Shown: positions 62,734 through 64,000 of the stretch, one piece after another | Numbering within the stretch: position 1 is the stretch's first letter | Layout of the letters: each line of letters starts with the position of its first letter | DNA from: an uncultured Alphaproteobacteria bacterium | GTDB lineage: Bacteria > Pseudomonadota > Alphaproteobacteria > Rhizobiales > Aestuariivirgaceae | Length of the DNA: 64,000 nucleotides | Direction: 5' to 3' | Assembly: GCA_963776685.1 (NCBI GenBank) | Contig: CAVZNM010000005.1 | Location: 90,475 to 154,474, forward strand | Notes under the pieces: generated by a model | Database searches by the model: none | Seen by the model: only the letters and a program-made list of their open reading frames with translations | What the model was told of the DNA's origin: nothing | Translations under genes and position numbers: made by a program

Positions 62734-64000
62734 CTAACTGAGCCGCTCAAGCGCCTTCTGGCGGCCAATCAGCGGCAGCAGGGATGCGAGTTCCGGGCCG
62801 TGATCGAGGCCGGTCAAGCGCCAGCGTAGCGGCATGAACAGGGCTTTGCCGTTGCGGCCGGTGGCGGCTTTGACCGCCTCGGTCCAACTCTTCCAGGTCG
62901 TTCTGTCCCATGGTTCGGGCGGCAGGAGACTCGCTGCTGTGCCGATGAAGTCGCGATCTTCAGGCGTCACGACCGGCTTGATTCTGTTTGCTGATGATGT
63001 CGAGCCAAATATTTGAATCGGCTAGAGTTCCCAGATTACCGCGGACCGCAGTTCCAGAACACCTCGACGCCGCCGCCGAGCCTGTCCTTCACCGCCTCAT
63101 AGGGCAGCATGTGCAGGAGCCGGGCGTTGAGATGCTTCAATTCCGCCTCGTCGAAGCGGGCAGGCGCGCGCGACAGCTTGGCGAGATCGAAGCCCTCGAT
63201 CAGTTCGCGATAATCCGCGCACGGATGAATGGACTCGGAGGTGCCGAGAAGCGCGGCATGGCTGACGACCGCCATGGCCTCGAGCCCCGCTCTCGCGCAT
63301 GGCGGCGATCGACAGCGAGCCGAGCCGCTTCGACAGGCCCTTGCCGTCGGCGCCGGTGAGCAGGCTGTGATGGGCGTAGGCCGGAGGCATGGCGCCCAGC
63401 GCCTCGATGATCTCGATCTGCACCGCCGTGTTGACCACATGGTCCTCGCCGCGGATCACATGGGTGATCGCCGAAGTCGATGTCGTCGACGACCGATGGC
63501 AGCGTGTAGAGATAGGTTCCGTCCTCGCGCACCAGCACCGGATCGGAGAGGGTGGCCGTGTCGATGTGCTGGGGCCCGCGGATCAGGTCGTTCCATTCGA
63601 CCCTGCGGTGGTCGAGCTTGAAGCGCCAATGCGGCCTGCGACCCTCGGCTTCGAGTGCGGCGCGTTCCTCATTGCGTCAGCTTGAGGGCGGCGCGGTCGT
63701 AGACGGGCGGCAGCCCGCGGGCGAGCTGGCGCTTGCGCCGCCGGTCGAGTTCGTCGGCCGTCTCGTAGCAGGGATAGAGCCGTGCCGCCGCCTTGAGCCT
63801 TTCGACCGCTTCGTCATAGCGGGCAAAGCGCTTCGACTGGTATTCGACGCGGTCCGGCTTGATGCCGAGCCAGTCGAGATCGGCAGCGATGGCCGCGTGC
63901 GAATTCATCGGTCGAGCGCGCCGTGTCGGTGTCGTCGTAGCGCAGCACGAATTGTGCCGCCGGACTTCTTGGCGAAGAGCCAGTTGAGGATCGCGGTGCG
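62734..64000 (-). CDS. gltX: Glutamate--tRNA ligase (5' end outside window; frameshifted)
   Basis: YQSKR, YPCYET, IRGEDHV.NT, GLSKR, LFMPLR and GPEL motifs. Confidence 0.9.

Overview
GC-rich chromosomal segment, most likely from an alphaproteobacterium of the Hyphomicrobiales. This is inferred from gene content, an alpha-type LexA box and rhizobial-type intergenic palindromes. About 65 genes are recognisable. Many are broken by single-base indels in patches, including moaA and gltX, which points to an error-prone long-read assembly rather than real decay. Contents in order: acyl-CoA dehydrogenase/HxlR, GST, cueR-copA-hupE, a sugar ABC transporter plus dhaLM-HPr-EI-HTH-dhaK operon, a secreted collagen-like protein (about 125 Gly-X-Y triplets), USP/SLC13, tandem M20 peptidases, a MocR locus, three DUF1194 genes, PCu(A)C, a type III PKS with an ICMT-family methyltransferase, modE-TSUP-moaA, a methylated-amine region (creatinase, DMSP-lyase-like cupin, MttB-family, soxBDAG, GcvT-family dehydrogenase), HU, a YLDPGTGS peptide/NoeA-like/sulfatase-like cassette, a desaturase/PhnD-like pair, GSTs, hicAB and gltX. 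The most striking element is a ~400-nt non-coding region (about 42455-42880, minus strand). It has a sigma70-type promoter with a LexA box in the spacer, many helices whose G-U pairs work only on the minus strand, and a boxA-like 3' motif, making it a candidate SOS-inducible structured RNA. I recognised no tRNA, rRNA, CRISPR array, integrase or transposase.
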